DNA of 64,000 nt from Candidatus Obscuribacteraceae bacterium (GTDB taxonomy: Bacteria > Cyanobacteriota > Vampirovibrionia > Obscuribacterales > Obscuribacteraceae), in contig JBGAHS010000005.1 of the NCBI GenBank assembly GCA_044226015.1, positions 224,001 through 288,000 on the forward strand, written 5' to 3'. The translations under genes and the position numbers were made by a program. Positions 1 through 9,614 of this stretch are shown here, in pieces. Under the pieces are notes generated by a model. That model was not told where the DNA came from, ran no database searches, and worked only from the letters and a program-made list of their open reading frames with translations. Position 1 is the first letter of the stretch. Every line of letters begins with the position of its first letter.

Positions 1-975
1 GGTCCCGCTATAGTCTGGCTCGGTGGTGCCTATCTTGTTTTGCACAATCAAATTGGCTTAGGCACAGTTATCGCCTTTATCGCGTTGATTACGAGGCTGT
101 ATGGTCCCGCTTCGACACTGACAGGTATCCAAGTTCAAATCGCCGGTGCTCTGGCTGTTTTTGAGCGCATCTTCGATTATCAGGACATGAAAGAGGAAGA
201 CTTTAGTTCGGGAGAAACACTCGATGCTAAAGACGTATCTGGTCGCATTAGCTTCGACCACATTGCCTTTGCTTATTCAAATAAAGAAAGGATCTTCGAC
301 GACCTGTCATTTGAGGCAGAACCAGGCGAGTTTGTAGCTGTTGTAGGACCTTCAGGCGCAGGCAAGACCACACTTGCGGCGCTATTACCTCGCTTTTACG
401 AGCTGCAAGAAGGCAGAATTTGCATCGATGGAAAGGACATAAAAGAAGTCAATCTAAACAGTTTGCGTAAGCTTATTGGCATTGTTACGCAGGAAAGCTA
501 TTTGTTTCATTCGAGCATTCGAGAGAATTTGCTGTATGCAAACCCGCAAGCAAGTCAGAGTGATATCGAGTCAGCTGCGCGTGCTGCCAATATTCATGAT
601 CACATCATGAGCTTACCAGAAGGCTACGAAACTATCGTTGGTGAGCGAGGCTACAAGCTCAGTGGAGGAGAAAGGCAGCGCTTATCTATTGCGCGTGCAA
701 TTTTGAAGAATCCGAAAGTACTAATTTTGGATGAAGCTACCAGCTCGCTTGATAACATTAATGAAACGGCAGTTCAAGCTGCTTTGAACCGTCTGATGAA
801 GGGGCGTACAAGCATTGTAATCGCGCATCGCCTCTCTACCATTCAAAATGCTGATAAAATTCTTGTTCTCGATAGCGGCAGAATTGTCGAGGTCGGAAAG
901 CACGACGAATTGCTCACTCGCAATGGAACTTACGCGCGCTTATACAGGCAAGAGTCCGAGGAAGAAAATAAATGA
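1..975 (+). CDS. ABC transporter permease/ATP-binding protein (MsbA/MdlB-like exporter), 5'-partial
   Basis: Frame open from base 1; end of TM domain followed by Walker A GPSGAGKT, signature LSGGERQR, Walker B ILDEATS, H-loop IAHRLST. Confidence 0.95.
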   Translation, partial: GPAIVWLGGAYLVLHNQIGLGTVIAFIALITRLYGPASTLTGIQVQIAGALAVFERIFDYQDMKEEDFSSGETLDAKDVSGRISFDHIAFAYSNKERIFDDLSFEAEPGEFVAVVGPSGAGKTTLAALLPRFYELQEGRICIDGKDIKEVNLNSLRKLIGIVTQESYLFHSSIRENLLYANPQASQSDIESAARAANIHDHIMSLPEGYETIVGERGYKLSGGERQRLSIARAILKNPKVLILDEATSSLDNINETAVQAALNRLMKGRTSIVIAHRLSTIQNADKILVLDSGRIVEVGKHDELLTRNGTYARLYRQESEEENK

Positions 976-2390
976 AAAACTCAGTACTGGCGTCCATTCT
1001 AGTGATTCTTTCTCTGATGTTAAGTCAGTCTGTCAGTTCCAAGGATCAGTCTTCTCAAAAAGGCAAAGCCAGTTCCAAGACCAGCTCTGCTTCAAGCCAC
1101 GATAAGACTTCTGTTTCCGGTTCTGAATCCACTAAAGAAAAAAGTGCAGAGTCCAGTGCCGATGAAATTGGTGTTCGAGCAAATTCTGCCGCCATGAAGT
1201 TTAGGCTAAAGGACTTTACAGGAGCCGAACAGCTTTATCAAAAAGTGGTGGAGGAGCTAAAGAAAGACACAAACTCTGAGCTGTCACTTTCTGATGCTTA
1301 CTTCAATTTGGCATTGTGTCAGCGAAATTGCGGCAAGGATGCCGATGCCAATGCGAACGAGCAAGAAGCAAAATCGATTCGTTCAAAACTGCGCGTTCCC
1401 GAAACCAGAGCAAACGTAATTCAAGAGTTGGTGCCTAACGCAATAGAACGCCATCAAGTCGATGCTATGTTCAAGGAAGTCAACGCGCTTCTTGATGGAA
1501 AAGATCCCGTCTACTCTGACAAATTCAAAGAAGCCAATGAGGCTGCCTTTACTCAAATAATGAGTCAGTCCTGGGCTTTCCGTGAAGCGGGAGAACCAGG
1601 AAAGGCTATTGGTGCCGCTCGAGCAGGGTTGGCTATGGCCAATAAATCGGAACACCCTAGCAGAATGATTGCAAGTGCATTGAATTCACTAGCTGGTCTT
1701 TACCGGGTCACCGGAAGAAATATGAGCGCTATGATGCTCTACAACGCAGCCATTGCTGAGCAAGAAAAGTTCAACAAAGCTGATGATCCCTTACTTGCCA
1801 CACTCCTTGATAATTCGGCTCTTGTTTCTCTTGAACTTGGAAATGTGGAGAAGGCGCGTGACTTGCAAGAGAAAGCGCTGGCTATCTACAGAAAAGTTTT
1901 ACCAGCAGACTCAAAAGATTTGGGACAAACACTTTCAAATATTGCTGAGACCTATGAGAAGCTGAACATGCCTGACAAGGCGATTCAATGCTTGAACGAA
2001 GCGCTGGTGATACTGAAGAAATCAAAGCCCGAGGATGACCCGATGGTGCTTACCACTATGGACAACCTGGCAGCTACGTACTCTCGAAAAGGCGAACTTG
2101 AGAAAGCAGAGGCTATGCAATCGACAGTGATAGCTGGCTTGCGCAAGCATTACACGAAGAACCCTCTTCTTGCAGAAGCACTAGCAAATTATGCTCATAC
2201 TTTAGTTCGTATGAAAAAATTTGATAAAGCTATTGAATATCAAAAGCAATCTACTGATATGTTCATTGCGATTTTCGGAGAAAGACACCCGCATGCAATT
2301 AGAAGCCGCTTGTCTTATGCCGCTGTTCTGAAAATTGCTGGGCGAGAGAAAGAAGCTAATGACGAACTGGCAAAAATTCCCAAAAGCTAG
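972..2390 (+). CDS. Secreted tetratricopeptide repeat protein (kinesin light chain-like TPRs)
   Basis: Sec-type N-terminus MKNSVLASILVILSLML, Ser/Lys-rich linker, ~42-aa repeats such as LATLLDNSALV..EKALAIYRKVL and TTMDNLAATY; ATGA overlap with the upstream gene. Confidence 0.85.
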   Translation: MKNSVLASILVILSLMLSQSVSSKDQSSQKGKASSKTSSASSHDKTSVSGSESTKEKSAESSADEIGVRANSAAMKFRLKDFTGAEQLYQKVVEELKKDTNSELSLSDAYFNLALCQRNCGKDADANANEQEAKSIRSKLRVPETRANVIQELVPNAIERHQVDAMFKEVNALLDGKDPVYSDKFKEANEAAFTQIMSQSWAFREAGEPGKAIGAARAGLAMANKSEHPSRMIASALNSLAGLYRVTGRNMSAMMLYNAAIAEQEKFNKADDPLLATLLDNSALVSLELGNVEKARDLQEKALAIYRKVLPADSKDLGQTLSNIAETYEKLNMPDKAIQCLNEALVILKKSKPEDDPMVLTTMDNLAATYSRKGELEKAEAMQSTVIAGLRKHYTKNPLLAEALANYAHTLVRMKKFDKAIEYQKQSTDMFIAIFGERHPHAIRSRLSYAAVLKIAGREKEANDELAKIPKS

Positions 2391-2458
2391 CTGGTAATGT
2401 ATGGGTAACTTTCACCAATTTAGACTTGCGCCAGGAATTGGCGTTATGAGATTGGAAA

Positions 2459-2953
2459 ATGGAAAGAGCTATTATTTTGGGGCGAGAGCAGAGTTCTTCA
2501 GTTGGAGAGGCGAGTGCCAGGTTGCTAGCTGATGCACAAAGCTTTAAAGGTGTAAGTACAGAACAGCCTGCGTTCAAAGGCAGAGATGTGGATATAGCCG
2601 ATGCCGACAAAACATTTGGATGGTGGCAAAAGAAACAGTACGCAGACCTCGGCATCCAGAAAATTCACCTTTTGCCGTCAGCTGTGGCTCTTGATTTGAA
2701 GGGGAAGACTGAAAAGTATAATCTGGGACTCGATAAGAAGGTTGCCTTTGATTTTGCTGCCAGTGGAAACTCCTGGACTTTGACGAACGTGACAGGTTTG
2801 TCACTGAAAGGGTCTGCAATCACAAAAATTGAGTCGACCGCTTCAAAAATAACGTTTTATACAGGCAGCAAAGCCAACGAATACGGCTCATCTGTCAATG
2901 ACTACATAAAAGCTCTTTTTGACCCTTTGATGAGAGCCGATTTGCGGAAGTAG
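2459..2953 (+). CDS. Hypothetical protein
   Basis: 164-aa ORF filling the gap between two + strand genes; no recognisable family. Confidence 0.7.
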   Translation: MERAIILGREQSSSVGEASARLLADAQSFKGVSTEQPAFKGRDVDIADADKTFGWWQKKQYADLGIQKIHLLPSAVALDLKGKTEKYNLGLDKKVAFDFAASGNSWTLTNVTGLSLKGSAITKIESTASKITFYTGSKANEYGSSVNDYIKALFDPLMRADLRK

Positions 2954-3032
2954 AATCGAGCAAGGTTTGGCATTATAATGTGGGGCAATTCGCCTCACAT
3001 TTTGTCATTTTCGCAAGTTCCCGGAGATAGGT

Positions 3033-3701
3033 TTGGCCAAAATACTTGTTATTGATGACGACAAGGAATTGGCAGAGTCAATTGACGATGTCCTCTCGTT
3101 AGACAATCATCTCGTGGACCTATGCCATTGTGGCAAAGACGCCCTTCAGATTATGGACTTCTGCAAATACGATTTGCTGATGGTCGACTGGGAGCTTGGC
3201 GACATTAATGGACCCGAGCTTGTTCAGCATTTCAGAAAAAATAGCGGCGTGAGCCCCATCATGATGATTACAGGGCGTAGTGACATTCAATCGAAAGTTG
3301 AATGTTTGGAACTTGGTGCTGACGATTACCTGGTAAAGCCTTTCGATATGAGGGAGTTGCGCGCAAGATGTAAGTCCTTGCTTCGTCGCCCCGTTGAAAT
3401 TGAAATGGACGCCATCGAATTTGAGGGGTTCAAGATTGATTCTGCAAAGGGAACTGCCAGAAGAGGCAACGACTCTATTAACCTCCAGCCTCTCGAGTTT
3501 CGTCTCTTTGAGTTCTTTGTGCGTAATAAGGGAAGCTGGTTTTCAGCAGAAGAGTTAATTGCTCGAGTCTGGTCTGCGAACTCTACAGCCACTCCAGAAT
3601 CAGTACGCGTTTCAATTAAGAGGTTGAGAACTGCGCTTGCCGACTTTCAGCTCGACGGAAGGCTCGAAAGCGCTCGAAATCGTGGCTATAAGCTAGAGTA
3701 G
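3033..3701 (+). CDS. OmpR/PhoB-family response regulator
   Basis: KILVIDDD, phosphoacceptor D in LLMVDW, GADDYLVKPF, C-terminal winged helix ending RNRGYKL; GGAG upstream of the TTG start. Confidence 0.95.
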   Translation: MAKILVIDDDKELAESIDDVLSLDNHLVDLCHCGKDALQIMDFCKYDLLMVDWELGDINGPELVQHFRKNSGVSPIMMITGRSDIQSKVECLELGADDYLVKPFDMRELRARCKSLLRRPVEIEMDAIEFEGFKIDSAKGTARRGNDSINLQPLEFRLFEFFVRNKGSWFSAEELIARVWSANSTATPESVRVSIKRLRTALADFQLDGRLESARNRGYKLE

Positions 3702-3778
3702 TTGAGAATACCCTCGAAATCTTGGCTCGAGTAATTGTGAACTCCCCTAATTTTTCCTTTTCCTCAAGCCAGTAATGT

Positions 3779-3806
3779 TTGAGTAACGCAGAAGCACTTA
3801 TATTCT
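3779..3806 (+). promoter_or_regulatory. Putative sigma70-type promoter (TTGAGT-16 nt-TATTCT) for the downstream structured RNA
   Basis: Hexamers at 3779-3784 and 3801-3806, ending ~7 nt before the first stem. Confidence 0.4.
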
Positions 3807-3812
3807 ATTCAT

Positions 3813-4052
3813 CAGGTTCGGGCGAGGGAGAATGACCAAACTGCCAACAACAAACCCGCCAAGTCAACCACAACCCACCCGGCGGAATGGTCATTCTCTC
3901 AAAGTTTTTGAACCGACAACCCGCAAATAACCAAACAAACGACCGATTCAAACGACCTATTCAACACAACCCCCAGCAGGCAAGCGCCTGCGCAAGCCCA
4001 AATTGAACCTGCTTATCCTACCCACATTAGGAAAGGCAGGTTCAATTCTTTT
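3813..4052 (+). ncRNA. Putative structured small RNA, family unknown
   Basis: Long stem 3826-3845/3881-3900, outer stem 3815-3822/3907-3914, hairpin 3976-3991, long terminal hairpin 4001-4047 followed by CTTTT; G-U pairs are only valid on the + strand; unpaired segments are strongly A/C-rich. Confidence 0.55.
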
Positions 4053-6612
4053 GGCTATTTTGTGCTGGAATTTCGAACCAGAACGTGCTGCCCTTTCCGG
4101 GTTCGCTATCACAGCCAAGTATGCCACCATGTGATTGAACGATCAGTGTGCAGATTGACAGACCCAAACCAAAGCCTTGCTTTTTTTCTTTGCTTTCTGC
4201 TTGGAAAAAACGTTCGAAAACTCTTGCTCTCGTCTGTTCATCCATGCCTGGTCCTTCGTCGCTTACACATATTCTCACGGAATTTTCGCCGGGCTTATCG
4301 CTTACTCGAATTCTCGTATTCTCTGGTGAAAACTTGATAGCGTTCGCAAGATAGTTGATAACTGTTTGAATCAATCGAGCTTTATCTGCAAATATACTGG
4401 TGTCAGTGCAGAGGTTCTCTATCTCTATATTCTTTTGTTTTGCCAGGCTGCTCACAGCAAGAATAGCGTCCTCTGCGAATTGTCTGACCTTGCATTCTTC
4501 CTTTGAAAGGTTTACTTTTCCTGTCTCAAGCGTCTCCATAGTCAGCAGATCATTTACCAGATTCAGGACTCGTTCGATATTGTTTTTGGCTCTCTGAAGT
4601 TGGCGCTTCATTTTTTCTGTGAGTTCGGCTTCTATCGCCACGGAGAATTCATTCAAGGACAAGATAGATTCTCGCAGTGGTGTTTGAATATCAGTAGTTA
4701 TCTGTCGCATTAGCGAAACCCTCTCGCTTGATGCATTGCGCAGCTCAGTTTGTGTTTGCCACAAAATCTTGTTTAAATAGGCTAATTCGTCAGTTCCTTC
4801 TACGCTTGCAAATGCAAAGTTCGGGTCACTTACACTGGCTGCGTTGCTAACCAGCATGTTAAGTCGTTTTCTAATGTCTCTGTTGAACGCCAATAGCAAA
4901 ATTACAGTAACAAGAATGTTTGCTATGAGAGTGACGATGAGACTGATGGTTAGTGTCTTGGCTGCTTCAAGTTGCTTTTCCTGGATAATTCTTATATCGA
5001 GCGAATCTTGCCGGAACAGGTTCGTTGCTTTGCTTCTTATTTTTGTCGCATTCTTTTGCAGTGGCTTGATTTCATGAAGGCGCTCTTTTACCTGATTCGT
5101 TGATGCCGCTCTTTTGATCGAATCAACCACAGATGTCTCATTCTTATGATTTCTTAGCAGCTTCCGCCAGCTCTTCAGGACGCCCTGCCATTCTTCATTT
5201 TCTTGACCCACAAAATAATCTTCTGGGGGAAACTCAGCAATTGCAATGTCAAAACTCTTCAATGCTCTTTCACGCAATTTCTCTTCTCCGCTTATTGCAT
5301 AAATGGCTTCTGAAACCGTTCCTTTCAGCGAGTCTAGGAAGATTATGTTCATCAATAAGCTGATGTCACTGAGTCTGCGCTGTTGTTTTAGCAATGAGCG
5401 ATTTGATTCAATTTGCTTGTCAAAAACTCCCAGAAATATTATCTGAAAAATTATGGGCACCATTACGATTAGAAGTACTCGGTGGAATATGTTGGGTTTC
5501 TGAAACATATTTCGAACGTACTGTAACGGGTTCTTCCAAAAATGAATTTGATCAAGCAGCGAGCTTGATTCTTCGCTTTTCTTTGCGCTTTTGTCCTCAG
5601 TCGGCGCTTCTTCTGGGTCTGTTTTTGTCTTCTCAACCGTCAAAATAGCATTAACGTGACTCAAGACTCCGACCATTTTGTGGTGAGCAAGCCTCAGCTT
5701 ACTCAAGTCTTGTTGAGAACCATTGCTAGAGAGCGATTCTTCGATAACTTCTAAACTCAATTGGCAAGCGCTTAGAGGTGAGCGCATGTCGTGTGCCACC
5801 ATGCCGAAAATTGCCCTTCGATGTTCGGCTGCCTCGATCAACTTTTCAGACGAATCTTGCAGTACTCCAGCCAAATATGCAATTTCGTCTTTGCCCTGTA
5901 GTGGCAGATTTAGTTTCTCCAGGCTCGACATTTTACTTGCAGATAAAGTTAAAGCCTTCAGTCTGCTAGTTATTCTCCGCGCGAAGTACCAAATCAAAAC
6001 CAGTGAAAGCACTATGTTTGCGCAAATACAGATCATCGCCAGCCTCAGGGTAGCTTTCGCCTGCTTATCCTGCCGTTTGCGATCCTGTACAAGCTCTTTC
6101 TTCTCTTCTTCCAGTGTCTGTTTTACTTTGCTGGGAAGCTGATATATGCGATGGAAAATAGGTGGCATTCGCTGCAAGGTTTCAAAGTTCGCCATCACTC
6201 CGAGTGCCTTTGCGCGGGGCAGCTCCTCAAGGCTCTCAATAGAGCCCATACATAATCTGTCCAGAATGTCGATTCGATCAGCAAGGGGACCCGTGTTGGC
6301 TTGTTCCTTTATCTCGCTGAATTGCTGCCGCAATTTTGCTACGAGTTCAGAGCTTCCCTCGTCGTATGTTTTGTTATCTGAGAATGCCCGTGCAATGAGG
6401 TAAGCAACCGTTTCACCCCAGTCGTTGAACGTCAGCGCACATTTCGATAGTAGTTGGCTTTGCTTCTGCTCGTTCTTGCTAAGCGTTTCTTGCGTTTTTG
6501 AGAGAAACGTCAGCATGGTCAGCACTGCAGCCAAAACAAGAAATGGAATGAGCACGACAAGCAATCCCTGTTTAAGGATTTGCGGCGAGTACTTAATTCC
6601 ATTCAATTCCAT
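4042..6612 (-). CDS. Membrane sensor histidine kinase with tandem-duplicated sensor-HAMP-HisKA modules
   Basis: Two TM-periplasmic-TM-HAMP (GKDEIAYL / GTDELAYL) units; H-box VAHDMRSPL, then degenerate ITTDIQTPL; one HATPase (NYLANAIKF, DEGPG, GFGLGL). Confidence 0.92.
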   Translation of the reverse strand: MELNGIKYSPQILKQGLLVVLIPFLVLAAVLTMLTFLSKTQETLSKNEQKQSQLLSKCALTFNDWGETVAYLIARAFSDNKTYDEGSSELVAKLRQQFSEIKEQANTGPLADRIDILDRLCMGSIESLEELPRAKALGVMANFETLQRMPPIFHRIYQLPSKVKQTLEEEKKELVQDRKRQDKQAKATLRLAMICICANIVLSLVLIWYFARRITSRLKALTLSASKMSSLEKLNLPLQGKDEIAYLAGVLQDSSEKLIEAAEHRRAIFGMVAHDMRSPLSACQLSLEVIEESLSSNGSQQDLSKLRLAHHKMVGVLSHVNAILTVEKTKTDPEEAPTEDKSAKKSEESSSLLDQIHFWKNPLQYVRNMFQKPNIFHRVLLIVMVPIIFQIIFLGVFDKQIESNRSLLKQQRRLSDISLLMNIIFLDSLKGTVSEAIYAISGEEKLRERALKSFDIAIAEFPPEDYFVGQENEEWQGVLKSWRKLLRNHKNETSVVDSIKRAASTNQVKERLHEIKPLQKNATKIRSKATNLFRQDSLDIRIIQEKQLEAAKTLTISLIVTLIANILVTVILLLAFNRDIRKRLNMLVSNAASVSDPNFAFASVEGTDELAYLNKILWQTQTELRNASSERVSLMRQITTDIQTPLRESILSLNEFSVAIEAELTEKMKRQLQRAKNNIERVLNLVNDLLTMETLETGKVNLSKEECKVRQFAEDAILAVSSLAKQKNIEIENLCTDTSIFADKARLIQTVINYLANAIKFSPENTRIRVSDKPGENSVRICVSDEGPGMDEQTRARVFERFFQAESKEKKQGFGLGLSICTLIVQSHGGILGCDSEPGKGSTFWFEIPAQNSQKN

Positions 6613-6702
6613 TCAATTATCAGCCAGACAAGGTACGAAGCTGCTAATTCCATTATTCCCATTCTTAACGAGTGCTGAATTGTGAACGTCTGAATCCTTG
6701 CT

Positions 6703-6725
6703 GGGAGCGCCAGCATCCTGGTGGC
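6703..6725. repeat. REP-like palindromic element (GGAGCGCCGGCATCCTGCCGGC family), degenerate copy
   Basis: GGGAGCGCCAGCATCCTGGTGGC resembles copies at ~53001, ~59400-59650 and ~62075. Confidence 0.65.
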
Positions 6726-6841
6726 GTCCGAATTGAATGAACGTCAACTTCTGAAATTCTTCCATAGGAATTCCGACTTCTGCTGCCAAAGGCGTCGTAA
6801 ATAACCTGAATTTTCGGGCATGATGTGATTAGGAGACTGCA

Positions 6842-9598
6842 GTGTCAATGCTTCAACCTGGGCAGGTTTTTAACGAACGCTATGAGATTATCCAACTCTT
6901 AGGAGTTGGCGGCTATGCAACGGTGTACAAAGCATTGCAGACTGATGTTGGGCGAACTGTTGCTCTCAAGATTTATCACGCCAGTATCTCTGAAGACGAG
7001 CATTTCACGGAAAGATGCAAGAGAGAGGCTGTGGCTCTTAATGCTCTTTCTCACAAGAATATCGTGACTGTCTATCACATCGGCCAAACTGTTGATGATG
7101 TATTGTTTCTTGTGATGGAGTTTGTTAAAGGTAAGAGTCTCAGGCAGCTTCTGAATGAGAAAGATGGAGTGGACATTGATGAGTCTATCAAGATAGTTAA
7201 ATCCATTGCCAGTGCCCTCAGTCTCGCACACAGTCATGGCATCGTGCATCGCGACTTAAAGCCTGACAATATCCTACTTGTTGATATGCCTGAACCTAAT
7301 ACAGTGAAGATCGTTGATTTTGGATTGGCTAAAATACTCGATGAAAAGAATCAAAAACTAACACAAACCGGTGAACTGCTAGGTACGTCTCTTTATATGA
7401 GTCCTGAGCAGTGCAAAGGGAAGGCGATTGATCACCGTTCTGATATCTTTTCTTTGGGTGTCTGCTTCTTTGAAATGTTGGCTGGGCGGCGTCTCTTTGA
7501 TGCTGATACCGCAATTGGTGTTATGTATAAGGTTATGAACGAGGAAGTGCCTCGTCTCAGCAATAAGGTTGTATATATCTACAATTCTGAAATCAATGAT
7601 TTGTTGAGAAAGCTTCTGGAAAAAGACCCCGCTTTGCGATATCAAACAATGGATGAGGTCCTTAAAGACCTCGATGCAATTACGGGGCTGGAAAAGAGTA
7701 AGAGCAGAAACAAAGTATCCTTCGATAAAAATCGACTCTCTAAAATTGGTATGGCTATTGCCATTGCCCTAATCTTTGCTGCTTCGTTTTTTCTACTTAA
7801 GAGAGAATCTCAAGTCGAACATCCCAACTCCATGTATATTCCAGCAGTATTTATCTCTAATTCCGCATTTCGAAATACTGAGCAACTTGATCAATTTACA
7901 AGTAGTGAATTCAGGTCGTTTCTTATAAAACATGCCGAGTCCAAGGGACCCGCAATTTCCGTATCTCGAGCTATCTATCAGTATTCCACTGATCGTAAAC
8001 TTAATGGTCTAAAGAGACTCGAAGATGCACTTATGTACGAGGATTCACTTCTAAGCAGTGGACTTCCATCAACTGCAGACGCTTTTTTTAAGAGCGATCT
8101 AAAGCCAATAATTATCAGAGAAATTAAGCTATTGCCCTCGAAAGAAGGTTTCGGACTGAGATTCGAAACTACAGCAAATGCGCTACTTGATTCTCAAGTT
8201 GCTGCCAGAAGAACTCAATCGGCAAGGGGAATCATTGAATTCTTTAGGGAGTGCAAATTGGGCAACTATTTTTCGCCCGAAAAAGTACTAGATGCCGCTT
8301 TGAACTTGGGTGATTCTGAGTTAGCCAGGAGGGTTGTCTCAGAGTCATATGATGAAAGAACTTTGCTAAAGCTTTTGTATGTTTCTAGAAAATTTCACCA
8401 CTGGGATTTGGCTGAGAGTTGCTTGTCTAAAATAGAGCAGCTTGCGTCCGTTGAGAAAAGACCTGCGTTGATGGTCTTGGTTCATGCTGAAAGAGCAATT
8501 AACTACTACGAATTAGATAATCCGCTGCTCTCATCGCATTCTCTAAAAAAGTCCGACGAATTGTTTCAAGTAGAAAAACTGGTAAAGCGCAGAGACGTGG
8601 CGCCATTGTTGCACCTTTTGCTTGCGTATGAGATGACTGGACAAAAAACACCTGGTGAGCTCATTCCATCTCTAATTCATCTTTATCAATCTGCGCTTGA
8701 GCGTGAACTCTCATCGCGCGGTAAACATCTGGGCGATCTGAAAACTGTTTCGAGTATTTTATCGAGCCTTGAGAGAAGTAATTTGGGCAATAGGATAGAC
8801 ATACAAAGACAATCTTCTTCGCTTCAAGATGCAGCTGTGCTTAGTGCGATTCTTGTAGCAGAACAGATTCGTCATGATGTATCGCAGAGAGACTTTTGGA
8901 CTGAACGTTATACCCGAGCGTTCTGTGATGTAGGTCTTCCTGGCAAGTGCGTAGCCTTAATTCAGAGCCGAACGTCCGTTCCTAAAACGTCCACTGCGAA
9001 AACGCCAGCTGCGAAAACGCCCCGCTTAGATAATTTGGAACTGAGCAGCCTGCTTGAAATGGCAAAATGCTACTCGTATTTTGATCATCCAAGAATGCAT
9101 TCTGCGCTTTTTCTTGCGTTTTCGAAGGCAAAGTTGATTGCAAGAAATGACAAAGATTATACGTTCCTTGATTTTTGTACAGTCGATATTCCTCTAAATC
9201 ACAATGAAGAGAGACGAAGAATTGTTTTGAACTGGGAGACGCCTCCAGACCAGCGCGAGGTTGTTGCCTGCAACAGATCAAATTATCGAACAATCATACA
9301 GAAGTGTTTGCAATATGGACAATATCGAATGGCTAGCGACAGTCTGACGAAAATGAGACGTGAGTTCAGTTCGCCCGAATATGAAGAAGAACGCGAAATG
9401 CTAGCCCTTTTGGATTTCTTACTAAAGCTTGAGTTGAAGCCTAATGACACTGCACCAGTACGCAAATTATGTGAGACCTATTCTGCCGATGGAAGCCGGA
9501 CTAAAGATCTTCCAGAGTTATTTTATGATGAACTCGCAATAGGTGGATTAGGAAAAGAGGGAACTAAGATTTCCCGGCGCCTTCACAACATCGAATAA
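6842..9598 (+). CDS. Hanks-type Ser/Thr protein kinase with TM helix and large helical C-terminal region
   Basis: GVGGYATVY, VALK, HRDLKPDN, DFG, YMSPEQ, DIFSLG; TM IGMAIAIALIFAASFFLL; AGGAG RBS before GTG. Confidence 0.95.
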   Translation: MSMLQPGQVFNERYEIIQLLGVGGYATVYKALQTDVGRTVALKIYHASISEDEHFTERCKREAVALNALSHKNIVTVYHIGQTVDDVLFLVMEFVKGKSLRQLLNEKDGVDIDESIKIVKSIASALSLAHSHGIVHRDLKPDNILLVDMPEPNTVKIVDFGLAKILDEKNQKLTQTGELLGTSLYMSPEQCKGKAIDHRSDIFSLGVCFFEMLAGRRLFDADTAIGVMYKVMNEEVPRLSNKVVYIYNSEINDLLRKLLEKDPALRYQTMDEVLKDLDAITGLEKSKSRNKVSFDKNRLSKIGMAIAIALIFAASFFLLKRESQVEHPNSMYIPAVFISNSAFRNTEQLDQFTSSEFRSFLIKHAESKGPAISVSRAIYQYSTDRKLNGLKRLEDALMYEDSLLSSGLPSTADAFFKSDLKPIIIREIKLLPSKEGFGLRFETTANALLDSQVAARRTQSARGIIEFFRECKLGNYFSPEKVLDAALNLGDSELARRVVSESYDERTLLKLLYVSRKFHHWDLAESCLSKIEQLASVEKRPALMVLVHAERAINYYELDNPLLSSHSLKKSDELFQVEKLVKRRDVAPLLHLLLAYEMTGQKTPGELIPSLIHLYQSALERELSSRGKHLGDLKTVSSILSSLERSNLGNRIDIQRQSSSLQDAAVLSAILVAEQIRHDVSQRDFWTERYTRAFCDVGLPGKCVALIQSRTSVPKTSTAKTPAAKTPRLDNLELSSLLEMAKCYSYFDHPRMHSALFLAFSKAKLIARNDKDYTFLDFCTVDIPLNHNEERRRIVLNWETPPDQREVVACNRSNYRTIIQKCLQYGQYRMASDSLTKMRREFSSPEYEEEREMLALLDFLLKLELKPNDTAPVRKLCETYSADGSRTKDLPELFYDELAIGGLGKEGTKISRRLHNIE

Positions 9599-9614
9599 TC
9601 TCTATCTGCTCAAA

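Noticed and set aside
3841..3975. Diversity-generating retroelement template repeat (AAC-rich)
   Set aside because: No reverse transcriptase or avd gene, and I found no matching variable repeat in the window.
3813..4011. 6S RNA
   Set aside because: The length fits, but the pairing is asymmetric (one hairpin plus a long unpaired A/C tract) rather than a rod with a central bubble; not fully excluded without cmscan.
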